Below the pieces are notes generated by a model, which was given only the letters and a program-made list of their open reading frames with translations, was not told the DNA's origin and did no database searches. This document shows positions 1 through 9,369 of a DNA stretch of 64,000 nucleotides, piece after piece. Origin of the DNA: an uncultured Gammaproteobacteria bacterium (GTDB lineage Bacteria; Patescibacteriota; Microgenomatia; Levybacterales; GWA1-39-11). The position numbers and the translations under genes were made by a program. The stretch lies in assembly GCA_964511965.1 (NCBI GenBank), contig CAZEGF010000022.1:12101-76100 (forward strand). Direction: 5' to 3'. Numbering within the stretch: position 1 is the stretch's first letter; each line of letters starts with the position of its first letter.

Positions 1-209
1 AGTTCTATTCCATCTGCATTTGCATTTCCTTGATAGTATCTTTTTTTTGAATACCCTTCGGAATATTTATTGGTAAAAACAGAAGAGAGTGCAGATCTGA
101 CTTCAAGGGAAGCATAATTTTCAGATGGAATTAAAGTAATTGTATCTCTTTGCCTTTTGTCTTCTTTTTGAAGAAGAGTATAAACTTCAGGATCTTTTTG
201 GCTTAGCAT
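1..209 (-). CDS. glyA: Serine hydroxymethyltransferase, 5' part (runs off window)
   Basis: Manual translation MLSQKDPEVYTLLQKEDKRQRDTITLIPSENYAS...TNKYSEGYSKKRYYQGN contains the SHMT LIxSEN and NKYxEGY motifs. Confidence 0.95.
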   Translation of the reverse strand, partial: MLSQKDPEVYTLLQKEDKRQRDTITLIPSENYASLEVRSALSSVFTNKYSEGYSKKRYYQGNANADGIE

Positions 210-231
210 AATTTAGGGTATAGCTATTAGG

Positions 232-271
232 GTTTAAGCGAAGCTTGACCCTTGTGGGATAGCGTTTAGTT
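232..271. repeat. 40-bp dispersed repeat, copy 1 (TAAGCRAAGCTTG family)
   Basis: GTTTAAGCGAAGCTTGACCCTTGTGGGATAGcGTTTAGTT recurs at 15627-15666 with one mismatch. Confidence 0.9.
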
Positions 272-363
272 TAGAAAAGAATAGTTTAAGCAGTGTGGTT
301 TGTCAATATATGTAATTTACTAAACCCTAGGAACTAAACCCTTTATTCTGATACTATTGAATT

Positions 364-966
364 ATGGAGGAGATGATTGAAAAAATTGGGTGGAAGAAAT
401 TCGCAATTATTGTTGTTGTTCTTTGCTTTGTTCTTCTTTCATTTGCACTTTTATCTTTCATGAATATTGATCGAAAGCAGACGGAGGTGCTGAAAAAGAA
501 AATTGAAACTAACAAACAGCAAACAAACAACTCAAATAAAAGTGAAGGGTTTAAAAATACCGAATTTCAACCTTATATAACATCCGATTATCAGTTGAAG
601 TATCCCGGAGATATGACTGTTCAAAAAGCACAACCTGCAATAGGTGCAAAAAGCAGTGTCCAATTCGTGAATCAAAACAATAACTCCAGTATTTTCATTG
701 AAGTTTTTGCAAAACCGAAGAACTCATATGAGGATTTGATACGACCGTATCTTCTTAATAATTATGAACCTGAAGCACAACCACTTTCTTTCGAAAATTC
801 AGTGGAATTTATTCCTAAAAAAATTGAGGATCCACTAATTCACAAGAAAATTGATTTTGTCGAGAAAAAAGATGTGATTATAAAGATAACTTTAACGTAT
901 TCAAAAAATGGTTTAGATACAGAGCTTGAGCGGAATTTTGTCAAAATGATGCTTTCTTTAAAATAG
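364..966 (+). CDS. Membrane-anchored hypothetical protein, PsbP-like extracellular domain
   Basis: N-terminal TM helix; YQLKYP motif; TACTAT 6 nt before ATG. Confidence 0.6.
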   Translation: MEEMIEKIGWKKFAIIVVVLCFVLLSFALLSFMNIDRKQTEVLKKKIETNKQQTNNSNKSEGFKNTEFQPYITSDYQLKYPGDMTVQKAQPAIGAKSSVQFVNQNNNSSIFIEVFAKPKNSYEDLIRPYLLNNYEPEAQPLSFENSVEFIPKKIEDPLIHKKIDFVEKKDVIIKITLTYSKNGLDTELERNFVKMMLSLK

Positions 967-968
967 AT

Positions 969-1781
969 TTAGTATTGAATTGTTGTGCAGGCTTCACTGA
1001 TATCTCCTTCGCCACGATCTCCATCATGAAGAATTATTTGCGCTCTATAAATATGACCATCGGTTAAACCAAGGTTTTTTACTTCCCATATCATTTCAGC
1101 GCCATACGAGGGCTCAAATCTCTGATTTTGACCATCAAATTTGACATTTGATTCTTTTGGAAAAGGGTCAGCACCCGGTCCCAAGTCAAGAGCATTTGCA
1201 GGGAATGGTGCGGTATTTGAATTAAGAGCCTTCCAAGCTCCAAATATTTCATCAGGTTTGTGGGGCTTTCCTCCACTTTGAACATCACCATCTGTGTTGG
1301 CAGGATCTGTTGTTATATCACTGATAAATATTGCAGGGTAGAACGGAAATCCATTCGAGTCTTTTGCTGTTTCATCTCCTACATTAGGATTTATGGCATG
1401 ATCTTGAGAGCTTTTAGGCTCGGTAACCGCTCCTTTTCCAAGAGTTATTGGCCATTCATCCTGATAAAACACTTTAATTTTCCCATCTTTTTGCACAATA
1501 TTTCCGGGTGCAGGGTCTATTGCCCAGAGGATATATGGTTCCGAAATTCCTTGAATTTTCCCATTTCCACAGTCTAATGTAGGTGGGATAAATCTTTTAA
1601 ATTTCAGAGTTTTTAATTGAAGGTTTTGATTTGCCGGTCCTATATCTGATGTGTCCTGACCATATTGCTCAGTAGGATTTGTTGCGGATTTGTTGATCAT
1701 CGCGCCACTAGTCATAAGTATCCCAAAAGCAATAACGATAAAAAGTAGTGGCATCAAAATCTGACCTTTCTGTATTTGCAT
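969..1781 (-). CDS. Secreted/pilin-like surface protein
   Basis: QKG|QILMPLLFIVIAFG resembles a class III signal peptide; LQLKTLKF motif. Confidence 0.6.
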   Translation of the reverse strand: MQIQKGQILMPLLFIVIAFGILMTSGAMINKSATNPTEQYGQDTSDIGPANQNLQLKTLKFKRFIPPTLDCGNGKIQGISEPYILWAIDPAPGNIVQKDGKIKVFYQDEWPITLGKGAVTEPKSSQDHAINPNVGDETAKDSNGFPFYPAIFISDITTDPANTDGDVQSGGKPHKPDEIFGAWKALNSNTAPFPANALDLGPGADPFPKESNVKFDGQNQRFEPSYGAEMIWEVKNLGLTDGHIYRAQIILHDGDRGEGDISEACTTIQY

Positions 1782-1823
1782 AATATTTCTTGCTTCTAGC
1801 TACTAGCTTCTAGCTACTAACTA

Positions 1824-1930
1824 CTGAGCCTCCGGCTCGATGCTCCTTCCTTCGACAAGCTCAGGACTGGCGTTATTATCAATAACGCCGCCCTGCTCCC
1901 AGAGCACTAGCCATTTCATGGCGGCGCATT
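1824..1930. repeat. GC-rich composite palindromic (REP-like) element
   Basis: CCTTCGACAAGCTCAGGA at 1849-1866, hairpin GGCGTTATT-ATC-AATAACGCC at 1869-1889; next to heptamer array 1787-1825. Confidence 0.6.
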
Positions 1931-1948
1931 CTAATTTGAGGGTCGTTG

Positions 1949-2968
1949 TCATCTGTCGATGACACCTCCCCATTCTATAGCTGTAAATCCAATACGTTTT
2001 GGAGGAGTGGGTGGATCAAATAGTTTGGTTTCAAACTTCTCATCAACACCTTTAAAGTATGCGATAAACTGGATGAAGGTATCTGGTTTTGGTGAAATTT
2101 CAACATGATCAGTTCTTTCTTTTTCCTCGCGGTCTAAAATTGAGAAGAAAATATATTTTTTGTTAAGATCTGTCAAGCGGGGAGTCCAGTATTCAACGAA
2201 TTCTTCCGATTCGAAAGAATTAAGACCAAGTTTTTGTGTTTTAATTTTAAGTTCATTTCTTATGTTTTCGGTTTTAATAAACATTCCATTGTTGGGAGCA
2301 TTTAGCGTTTTTGATTCTGACTCGTAATAAAGCTCCCTGTAGTAATTACCTTGGTATTTCAAAACTCCGCTTGGCATGGCCAACACTCCAAACCAGCCAT
2401 TATTATATTCAGGAATACTTTCTACTATGTTTCCTGACACTGTAACATCAACAAAAGTAGGTTTTTCAGGGTACAGATAAATTACCGGTTTTCCCATGCA
2501 ATACCAATGGCATGACGGATCCTCTGAAGCACGCGCCTGACATTGAGGCGTGTCGCCTGTACATGTTGGATTTGCAAGTGGTGGGAAATTCCCATTGCAA
2601 TACAGTCCAATTGGTAGATTTGGATTACAGGTGCAACCTATCCTTTCCCCATAGTGAGGGCAGTAATTGCCTGTGGGAGTAGGGATAATTGTAATTCCCG
2701 GTTGTGTGGGAATTGGGGTAACTGCTGTTGGAGTTGGAGAATCAAAATCAAGATCTGTCATGTGTAGCCCTTTGCTATCTACCTGTTTGCTACCGGATGA
2801 CGTATACGTATTTGTATCTGAAATTGGAGATTTGGGGTGCTTGAAAAATCCAGTAAAGTTCATGATGACAAGAAGAACAAGCCCCATGAAAAAAAGAGAA
2901 AGAGCAGAAAAACCCTTCTGCTGTTTAGTAGACATAAGACAGTAGACATAAGACAGAAGTTTAATCAT
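1949..2968 (-). CDS. Surface protein: pilin-like N-terminus, Cys-rich segment, KPVIYLYP domain
   Basis: QKG|FSALSLFFMGLVLL; PT linker; KPVIYLYP...EWGG conserved uncharacterised domain. Confidence 0.75.
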   Translation of the reverse strand: MIKLLSYVYCLMSTKQQKGFSALSLFFMGLVLLVIMNFTGFFKHPKSPISDTNTYTSSGSKQVDSKGLHMTDLDFDSPTPTAVTPIPTQPGITIIPTPTGNYCPHYGERIGCTCNPNLPIGLYCNGNFPPLANPTCTGDTPQCQARASEDPSCHWYCMGKPVIYLYPEKPTFVDVTVSGNIVESIPEYNNGWFGVLAMPSGVLKYQGNYYRELYYESESKTLNAPNNGMFIKTENIRNELKIKTQKLGLNSFESEEFVEYWTPRLTDLNKKYIFFSILDREEKERTDHVEISPKPDTFIQFIAYFKGVDEKFETKLFDPPTPPKRIGFTAIEWGGVIDR

Positions 2969-3029
2969 ATAAATAGTATAGAGCTTTTAACATTTCACTT
3001 CTACCTTATGACTTCTGACTTATAGCTTC

Positions 3030-3725
3030 TTATTTATAAACTACCGGGGGCTCTGTCGGGAAAACGCCATTGATGGGATAATTTACGATAAGAGTGCTTT
3101 TTTGAAGAACTATAACTTTTCCGCCGTTTCTATTGATCAAAGCAGTTGCAGGAGAGAATGATATTGAAGTTTTTGTGACATTTGTGTTTTTGGGTACAAA
3201 TGTAAGTACAGCTACTTTACCTTGCCCTTTTTGTAGGGGAGTTGTTGCGGCCATTTGAAGAGGAAGAGTTATAATCCCATGAACAGTGTCATTTGAAGAG
3301 GAAGATGTCTCAAAGGCGAGTGAAACTGTAGAATTTTTGTCTTTGAACTGGGTAAGTGTTACATTGTCAATTACATTGGGGTTATAGGCTATAGAAATAT
3401 TTGCCCCGGAGATTTCTTTGCCCCAGGTGTTAACATATACATCAATTGATTGCGTTTTTCCTGGCAATGCATTCACTGTGGTCGGATCAAAATAAACCGT
3501 CGCTTCAGGAGAAGTGAGATTTACTGTCGGTGTAGGGCCAGTGAAAATCCCATTTTTCCCACCTTTTCCGGTAATAAGTGCCACGACAAAAATTATAACT
3601 AGAAAAAGAACTATTGCCCCAGCCAAAAGAACGACTTTGTTTTTAATCAGTTTCTGCAAAGTAACTTCTGGCTTCTGGCTTTTAGCTTCTGGCTCCTGAC
3701 TTATGTTTTTATTTTCTTCTTCCAT
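3030..3725 (-). CDS. Membrane-anchored cohesin-domain protein
   Basis: TM helix, PTPT linker, VYFDP..V..G....DVYVNT...ISGANISIAYNP pattern typical of cohesin folds. Confidence 0.75.
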   Translation of the reverse strand: MEEENKNISQEPEAKSQKPEVTLQKLIKNKVVLLAGAIVLFLVIIFVVALITGKGGKNGIFTGPTPTVNLTSPEATVYFDPTTVNALPGKTQSIDVYVNTWGKEISGANISIAYNPNVIDNVTLTQFKDKNSTVSLAFETSSSSNDTVHGIITLPLQMAATTPLQKGQGKVAVLTFVPKNTNVTKTSISFSPATALINRNGGKVIVLQKSTLIVNYPINGVFPTEPPVVYK

Positions 3726-3726
3726 A

Positions 3727-5856
3727 TTAATTTGACGTACAACAAAGCCCCCTTATGTCTCCATATGCTGCAGCACAATCCGCATCTCCTACTGGTCTTG
3801 GATTTGGATATGAACCTGTACAAGCTGGTTTAGCCTGACAACTATTTACCCTCCCGTCTCCATTATCTATTGGACAACCTGATGCAGCAGGTCCTTTTGT
3901 TGGAACTGGGGTAGTGGTAGTTCCAGGTGCAGATGTTACAACAGGTGGAGCAGCTGTACATGTTGAAAGTGGTTGATTTCCTCTCGTATAACACTGTGGG
4001 GTGTCTGGATTCCATCCGGCGCATGCAGTATTTGCAGTACTGTCATTGCTTGGTCCAAATCCAACCTGACAATAATTAGTAGGTACACAAAGATGATTTC
4101 CATCATTTGGACATCCTTTTGATTGTGGAGTTGGTGTTGAGTATGGAGTAGAACCTTTACAAACTGCGGGGTCAGTGTTTGCCGGCATTGCACTTTTTGT
4201 GACACTACACCATTTCATACCAGTTGATGGGAAAGGCATGCAATAGTATTTTGTCGGGTCATCAAGAGATGGCTCTGGATTATGAGTTGATGCACATCCG
4301 CAGGAAGTTTGTGAGTCACATGCACACCCTGTTCCTTTTTGTCCAACGGTACAATTCTTTGCTACTCCAGCTGTGGGAGTAGGAGTAGGTGTTCCCGGTG
4401 GATAGAGGCAATGGAAGATCTTATCACCATCAGGATCTAAGCATCTTGCGCCAGCTGCATAATCTGAGCAATCGTTGTCATTTCCTTTTATACAAACGCT
4501 TTGCAGACTCAATTTTCCATAGCACCCCTGTCCTGCATCAACACAAGTGCCAGCAACATCGCAATACCTTTTGTTGTCTGGACAGCAGTGAGTAAGAGTA
4601 TTTTTGTCTTGAGTACCTGAGGAATTGTAGTCAAAAGTACAGGTATAATTTGGACCATTTACTTTTGCACAGTCAACTACAGCTCCACCCACTCCGGCTT
4701 TACAAACTGGAGTTACAGAAGTATCAATCCATGGAACTTGGTCGCATGGGTTATTTGGGTCCGTTGGAGAGCTGAATTTAACATCTACATAGTTTGTTCC
4801 GTCAGCACCAGTTTTTGTACATTTATACCTATCAGCGTACTGTCTACCTTTAACTGCTGTTGCAGGATTTGTTTCTCCTATAAATTTCCCTCCGCATGTT
4901 GCTCCCCAATATCCATCCGGTTTGCTAAATGCTGTATCCAGATTTCCTTTCCCTTCTGCAGTACACCTGTCACTAGATGGAGCAGGACTGTCCTGCCCTG
5001 GAGCTGTTGTTGTGGAGGCGGGTGGAGGATTGTTTCCTGATCCGTTTGATTGTAATTTTCTTGCGGCGTATTTGACTGTGTTGTAGCAGCAAACTCCGCC
5101 ATTGGAGCATTTATTATATGAAGTAGATGTATATTTAGCTTGATTTGGTCCTGAGCATGGGTTTGAAGACGTGTCACATGAGAATACCTCTGCAGTTTGA
5201 GCTGGCGTGTACGGTGGGTCATAATCCAGACATGAATTATCTCCTGATGGTGCTGGCGATTCTGAGCCCCATCCACAAGTGTGAGTTGTACTATCGCAGT
5301 GAGCTGGGTTATAGCAAGCATCATTTCTATTACAGGCGGCGCCAACTGGAAGACTATTGGGGTTAACACAAATAGATAACCCCTGAAAGTCTCTACCTGC
5401 ACAAAATTGACCATTGTTACAGTAAGAATCTAAACCATAACATTGTTTACCTGTAGTATTGGATGATGAAGATGGGGCAGGTGAATTTGTCGGATATTCT
5501 TCTCTACCTTTAGGTGGTGGAGTATAACTTCCAGCATCCTCTACGCACTTAATACCCCCAGCGCTAGCTGGATTTATCTCTTCACACATATAACCTAAAT
5601 CTACACAATGACTATTAACTGGACATGAAAAAGATTCTTTTGAGCTGCCCCGAAGACCAGCAGGGAATTTAATTGTTTTTTTGTCATATGTAGTAGAGCT
5701 AGTGCAATTAAAACTTACTGGTTCAAGAGCCGGGTAGTCACATTTTTTTAGAACCGTATCCCCTTCTGCAGCTTGGATAGCTTGTGGTGAAATTAGAATG
5801 AATAGTGAAATACCGAATAAAACAATAAAAAAAACAAAGTTGGAGAATGATTTCAT
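3727..5856 (-). CDS. Large secreted cysteine-rich protein
   Basis: Signal peptide (AIQA|A); about 56 Cys by my count in modules separated by P/T/S linkers. Confidence 0.8.
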   Translation of the reverse strand: MKSFSNFVFFIVLFGISLFILISPQAIQAAEGDTVLKKCDYPALEPVSFNCTSSTTYDKKTIKFPAGLRGSSKESFSCPVNSHCVDLGYMCEEINPASAGGIKCVEDAGSYTPPPKGREEYPTNSPAPSSSSNTTGKQCYGLDSYCNNGQFCAGRDFQGLSICVNPNSLPVGAACNRNDACYNPAHCDSTTHTCGWGSESPAPSGDNSCLDYDPPYTPAQTAEVFSCDTSSNPCSGPNQAKYTSTSYNKCSNGGVCCYNTVKYAARKLQSNGSGNNPPPASTTTAPGQDSPAPSSDRCTAEGKGNLDTAFSKPDGYWGATCGGKFIGETNPATAVKGRQYADRYKCTKTGADGTNYVDVKFSSPTDPNNPCDQVPWIDTSVTPVCKAGVGGAVVDCAKVNGPNYTCTFDYNSSGTQDKNTLTHCCPDNKRYCDVAGTCVDAGQGCYGKLSLQSVCIKGNDNDCSDYAAGARCLDPDGDKIFHCLYPPGTPTPTPTAGVAKNCTVGQKGTGCACDSQTSCGCASTHNPEPSLDDPTKYYCMPFPSTGMKWCSVTKSAMPANTDPAVCKGSTPYSTPTPQSKGCPNDGNHLCVPTNYCQVGFGPSNDSTANTACAGWNPDTPQCYTRGNQPLSTCTAAPPVVTSAPGTTTTPVPTKGPAASGCPIDNGDGRVNSCQAKPACTGSYPNPRPVGDADCAAAYGDIRGLCCTSN

Positions 5857-5908
5857 GCTACCATAACTTTATTAAGTTTTATATTCAATGTCAACATTAC
5901 TAATTCTA

Positions 5909-6442
5909 CTAGCAGCCGGTAGGGGGGCCGGTTTTTATTACTTTTTCGACACCTCCCGATGAAAGTTTTATTCTCCAATTTTTTGTATTGTAGCCGGTTG
6001 CGTTATCAAGTTTTACGCTGTAATTTTCGGCAGGTGAATGAAAGGGGATTGCAGCATCTAGCTTCCACGTACCAACAGGATTTTCAATCTCAAGAGTGAT
6101 TGTGCCATCAGTACTTCCTTTTGCCGTGATATTTTCTTGCTTGAAAGAAGACTTTCCTGTTTGGCAAGTCCCCTCCACAATATCAATTGACCAACTGGCA
6201 TCTGGAGTAGGGGTGACGGTTGTGCTTCCAGGGGTAGAATTTGCGTCAGTAGTAGGGGAGGGCTCGTCAGTTATTGAAGATGGTTCATTTCCGGTAAAAA
6301 GTGAGCCTCCACCACCTGCAAGCATTACAGCAAAAATGATAACAACAATGACAAGAATAATATAAACGGTGGATTGGCCGCGCGAGCGTTGCTCGCGTGT
6401 AGCAAGTAGCAAGTAGTAAGCATCAAGGCAGTTTTTGAGCAT
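5909..6442 (-). CDS. Pilin-like secreted protein
   Basis: SRG|QSTVYIILVIVVIIFAVML class III-like signal; S/T/P linker; two Cys. Confidence 0.65.
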   Translation of the reverse strand: MLKNCLDAYYLLLATREQRSRGQSTVYIILVIVVIIFAVMLAGGGGSLFTGNEPSSITDEPSPTTDANSTPGSTTVTPTPDASWSIDIVEGTCQTGKSSFKQENITAKGSTDGTITLEIENPVGTWKLDAAIPFHSPAENYSVKLDNATGYNTKNWRIKLSSGGVEKVIKTGPPTGC

Positions 6443-6508
6443 AGTTTAAGCATACCACAGAGTCACGATATTCTTGATTCTTTATTCTTTATTTGCGTAC
6501 AATGAAGT

Positions 6509-7447
6509 ATGGCTGAAAGACGAAAACGTGGTGGATATTTTGGTAACGGAGGTTCTTCATCTGGTGGTCGTTTTGGAATGAGTCTTACTGGACCGGGTAC
6601 AATGTTCACTATTGCATTCATTGCACTAGCAATTGGCATGGGCATATTACTCTCAAGAGGAGTAACTCCAAAAACAGTCCTCTCGGATCCGGGTGAAACG
6701 GGAGACTTGGAATTGGTTCTTGAAACCCCTTCTGCAAATGGATCACGTCTACAATTAAAAACTTTGAAATTTAGAGAATGCGCAAGTAAGGCTGCTGTTG
6801 GACTTATTGTTGATCGCTCTGGGTCTATGAGGGGAGAAAAGATGACAAATCTTAAAGATGCGCTTAGTACATTCACTACAGGGCTTGGTAACCAATCAGT
6901 AATTGGTATGATTTCATTTAGTAGTAATGATAACTCAATCGAAACGAGTGAAGATGTTCCATTTTCAAGATATCAGGATGTAAAAGGACAAGTTGCTTCT
7001 GCTATAAAAGCGCTATATGCAGCAGGTTCTACCCACACAAGAGCTGCATTTGCACTCATGAAAGATAGAATTATTGTAGCACAAAAAAAATTCCCCGAAA
7101 ATAATTTTGCAATGATTTTATTGTCTGACGGTGTCCCTGAGGATAGATCCGAAACAGGAACGAATTGTCCAAGTGGCCTGTTACATGGAGGAAGATGTTT
7201 TGCATTATCTCAAGATCCAACTCAAGAACCAAGTATAGCTCGTGAAATCCGTGATGCAGGAATAAATGTTTACGCGATAGCAATTTATGATAAAAATGAT
7301 CCGGATGATGTGTATTTTCTGCCAGCAATGCGCAACATGATGCAAAATATTGTGTCTTCTCCTACTAATTTTTACGAGACTCCAGATCCAACGAAATTGA
7401 AACAAATATACAAAGAAATCGCACAAAAAATCTGCAGCGACCTCTGA
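6509..7447 (+). CDS. Membrane-anchored von Willebrand factor A domain protein
   Basis: TM helix; MIDAS DRSGS, T, LSDG. Confidence 0.9.
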   Translation: MAERRKRGGYFGNGGSSSGGRFGMSLTGPGTMFTIAFIALAIGMGILLSRGVTPKTVLSDPGETGDLELVLETPSANGSRLQLKTLKFRECASKAAVGLIVDRSGSMRGEKMTNLKDALSTFTTGLGNQSVIGMISFSSNDNSIETSEDVPFSRYQDVKGQVASAIKALYAAGSTHTRAAFALMKDRIIVAQKKFPENNFAMILLSDGVPEDRSETGTNCPSGLLHGGRCFALSQDPTQEPSIAREIRDAGINVYAIAIYDKNDPDDVYFLPAMRNMMQNIVSSPTNFYETPDPTKLKQIYKEIAQKICSDL

Positions 7448-7480
7448 TAAGTAGCAAGCAGCAAGCATTATGTAGAAAGG

Positions 7481-7846
7481 TTAATAGGAGGATTTAAGAC
7501 TTTTAATTAGTCCATTTATCATCTTGTGTGTTTCTATAGTTAATTCCCAAGCTAAATCAAAATTCTTTTTCTCTATTAATCCTAAATCTCTTGAAGCAAT
7601 AAGTTGATTTTGGACTTCAACAACAGAACCTAATGCGATATTGTAAAATTGAACCTTTTCTCTTAATGAGGATCGTCCAAAACCCTCGGCAATATTGGAT
7701 GTAATGGAGAGTACGGCTCTTCTAATTTGCGAAGTTAAGCCAAATTGTTCTGAAGCTGGAAATCGAGAAGTTGCCTTGTAGACTAGAAGTAATAATGCAT
7801 GTCCTTTCTGCCAACAATTTAGATCAGTAAAGTTTTGAATTTTCAT
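7481..7846 (-). CDS. Four-helix-bundle protein (23S rRNA IVP / Avd-like family)
   Basis: FTDLNCWQK...FPASEQFGLTSQIRRAVLSITSNIAEGFGR family signature. Confidence 0.92.
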   Translation of the reverse strand: MKIQNFTDLNCWQKGHALLLLVYKATSRFPASEQFGLTSQIRRAVLSITSNIAEGFGRSSLREKVQFYNIALGSVVEVQNQLIASRDLGLIEKKNFDLAWELTIETHKMINGLIKSLKSSY

Positions 7847-7885
7847 CCTTTCTACCTGCTACTTGATACATTCTACTACATCAGG

Positions 7886-7967
7886 TATAATTACCTTCAT
7901 TACACACGCTTTGGATTACTTCCTGGCTGCAATACGCCTGCAAAGCGGAGGAAAGTAAGGAATAAAT
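7886..7967 (+). promoter_or_regulatory. rpsB promoter and probable S2 autoregulatory leader
   Basis: TATAAT, then ACACACGCTTTG...CAAAGCGGAGG stem before rpsB. Confidence 0.5.
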
Positions 7968-8789
7968 ATGAGACAAATCACATTAGAAGAATTATTGGAA
8001 GCAGGTTGTCATTTTGGACATCAGGTTAACCGTCGGAATCCAAAAGCTAACCGCTATATTTTTGAAGCCCGCAGTGGGGTTAATATCATCAATCTTGAAG
8101 CAACTCAGGAGGGTCTTATTGCGGCTGCTGAGTATGTTAAGGATCTTGCTTCAAGAGGTGGAAGTCTCGTAGTGGTTGGTACAAAAAGGCAAGCTCAAAC
8201 TATTGTTAAAGAAGAAGTAGAACGTGCTCGTGAAATAACTCCAGACACAATTCACTATATAATTTCCCGGTGGATTGGTGGAATTTTTACAAATTTTGAA
8301 GAAGTTAAGAAAAATTTCAAAAAATTAGTAGACCTTGAAAAAATAGTAACCGCTGAAGACCGCGGAGGATACACGAAAAGAGAAGTGGGAATTTTTGAGA
8401 AAGAACTCGCAAAACTCAAAGATATATATGGTGGGCTTTATACTATTAAAGAAGCTCCTGAAGCTGTTTTTATCATCGACACACATGGGGAAAACACTGC
8501 AGTCAGAGAAGCAGGAAGAGTTGGACTTACCACAATTGGAATAACCGATACAAATGCAGATCCATCTGAAGTTACTTATTCAATTCCGGCAAATGACGAT
8601 GCAGTCGGATCGATAAAATTAATAACTACCTATTTAATAGATGCATGGATCGAAGGATCAAAGGAAAAAACAAAAGCAGATAACATTGCCGCTGAAAAAG
8701 CAGCGAAAGAGGTTGCCAAGAAGGCCCGCCCGCAAGCGTCTGAGCGAAGCGATGACGGGCAGGCAAAAGCAGCAGATGGTAAGAATTAG
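7968..8789 (+). CDS. rpsB: 30S ribosomal protein S2
   Basis: LLEAGCHFGH, RWIGGIFTNF, DTNADP, IPANDDA. Confidence 0.98.
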   Translation: MRQITLEELLEAGCHFGHQVNRRNPKANRYIFEARSGVNIINLEATQEGLIAAAEYVKDLASRGGSLVVVGTKRQAQTIVKEEVERAREITPDTIHYIISRWIGGIFTNFEEVKKNFKKLVDLEKIVTAEDRGGYTKREVGIFEKELAKLKDIYGGLYTIKEAPEAVFIIDTHGENTAVREAGRVGLTTIGITDTNADPSEVTYSIPANDDAVGSIKLITTYLIDAWIEGSKEKTKADNIAAEKAAKEVAKKARPQASERSDDGQAKAADGKN

Positions 8790-8858
8790 GATTTAAGAAT
8801 TAGTGATCAGTCTGTAAAGATTTATCACTCATTCCTATCATCTTTATTCCTAAAAAAT

Positions 8859-9311
8859 ATGAAAATAACAGCAGAACAAATAAAAACATTAAGAGAAAAA
8901 ACACAAGCCGGCTTTGCCGATTGTAAAAATGCTTTGGAAGAGGCAAAGGGGGATATGAAAAAAGCAGAAGATATTCTACGAAAAAAAGGCTTTGAAAAAG
9001 CAGCTAAAAAGAGCGATCGCGAAACAGGACAAGGTCTTGTTGAATCATATGTTCACCAGACAGGAAAAGTAGGAGTACTAGTTTCGTTATTGTGCGAAAC
9101 TGATTTTGTTGCAAGAACAGATGAATTTAAAACACTCGCTCATGAAGTTGCAATGCAAGTTGCTGCAATGAACCCAAAAGATACAGCAGCTTTGTTAAAA
9201 CAAGAATATATAAGAGATGGCAGTAAAACTATCAATGATTTAGTCACCGAAACAATCGCGAAATTAGGAGAAAATATCCAAATCGGAGACTTCAAGAGAT
9301 CAGAAATTTAG
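8859..9311 (+). CDS. tsf: Elongation factor Ts (short form)
   Basis: IKTLREKTQAG, CETDFVAR, KLGENI; follows rpsB. Confidence 0.96.
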   Translation: MKITAEQIKTLREKTQAGFADCKNALEEAKGDMKKAEDILRKKGFEKAAKKSDRETGQGLVESYVHQTGKVGVLVSLLCETDFVARTDEFKTLAHEVAMQVAAMNPKDTAALLKQEYIRDGSKTINDLVTETIAKLGENIQIGDFKRSEI

Positions 9312-9369
9312 TCTTTAGTCATTAGTCCTCAGACTTTAGTTTTTATCAGAATTTCTATATAATGAGTCA

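Noticed and set aside
7481-7846. Diversity-generating retroelement (Avd-like gene)
   Set aside because: No reverse transcriptase and no TR/VR pair with adenine-specific differences seen in the window
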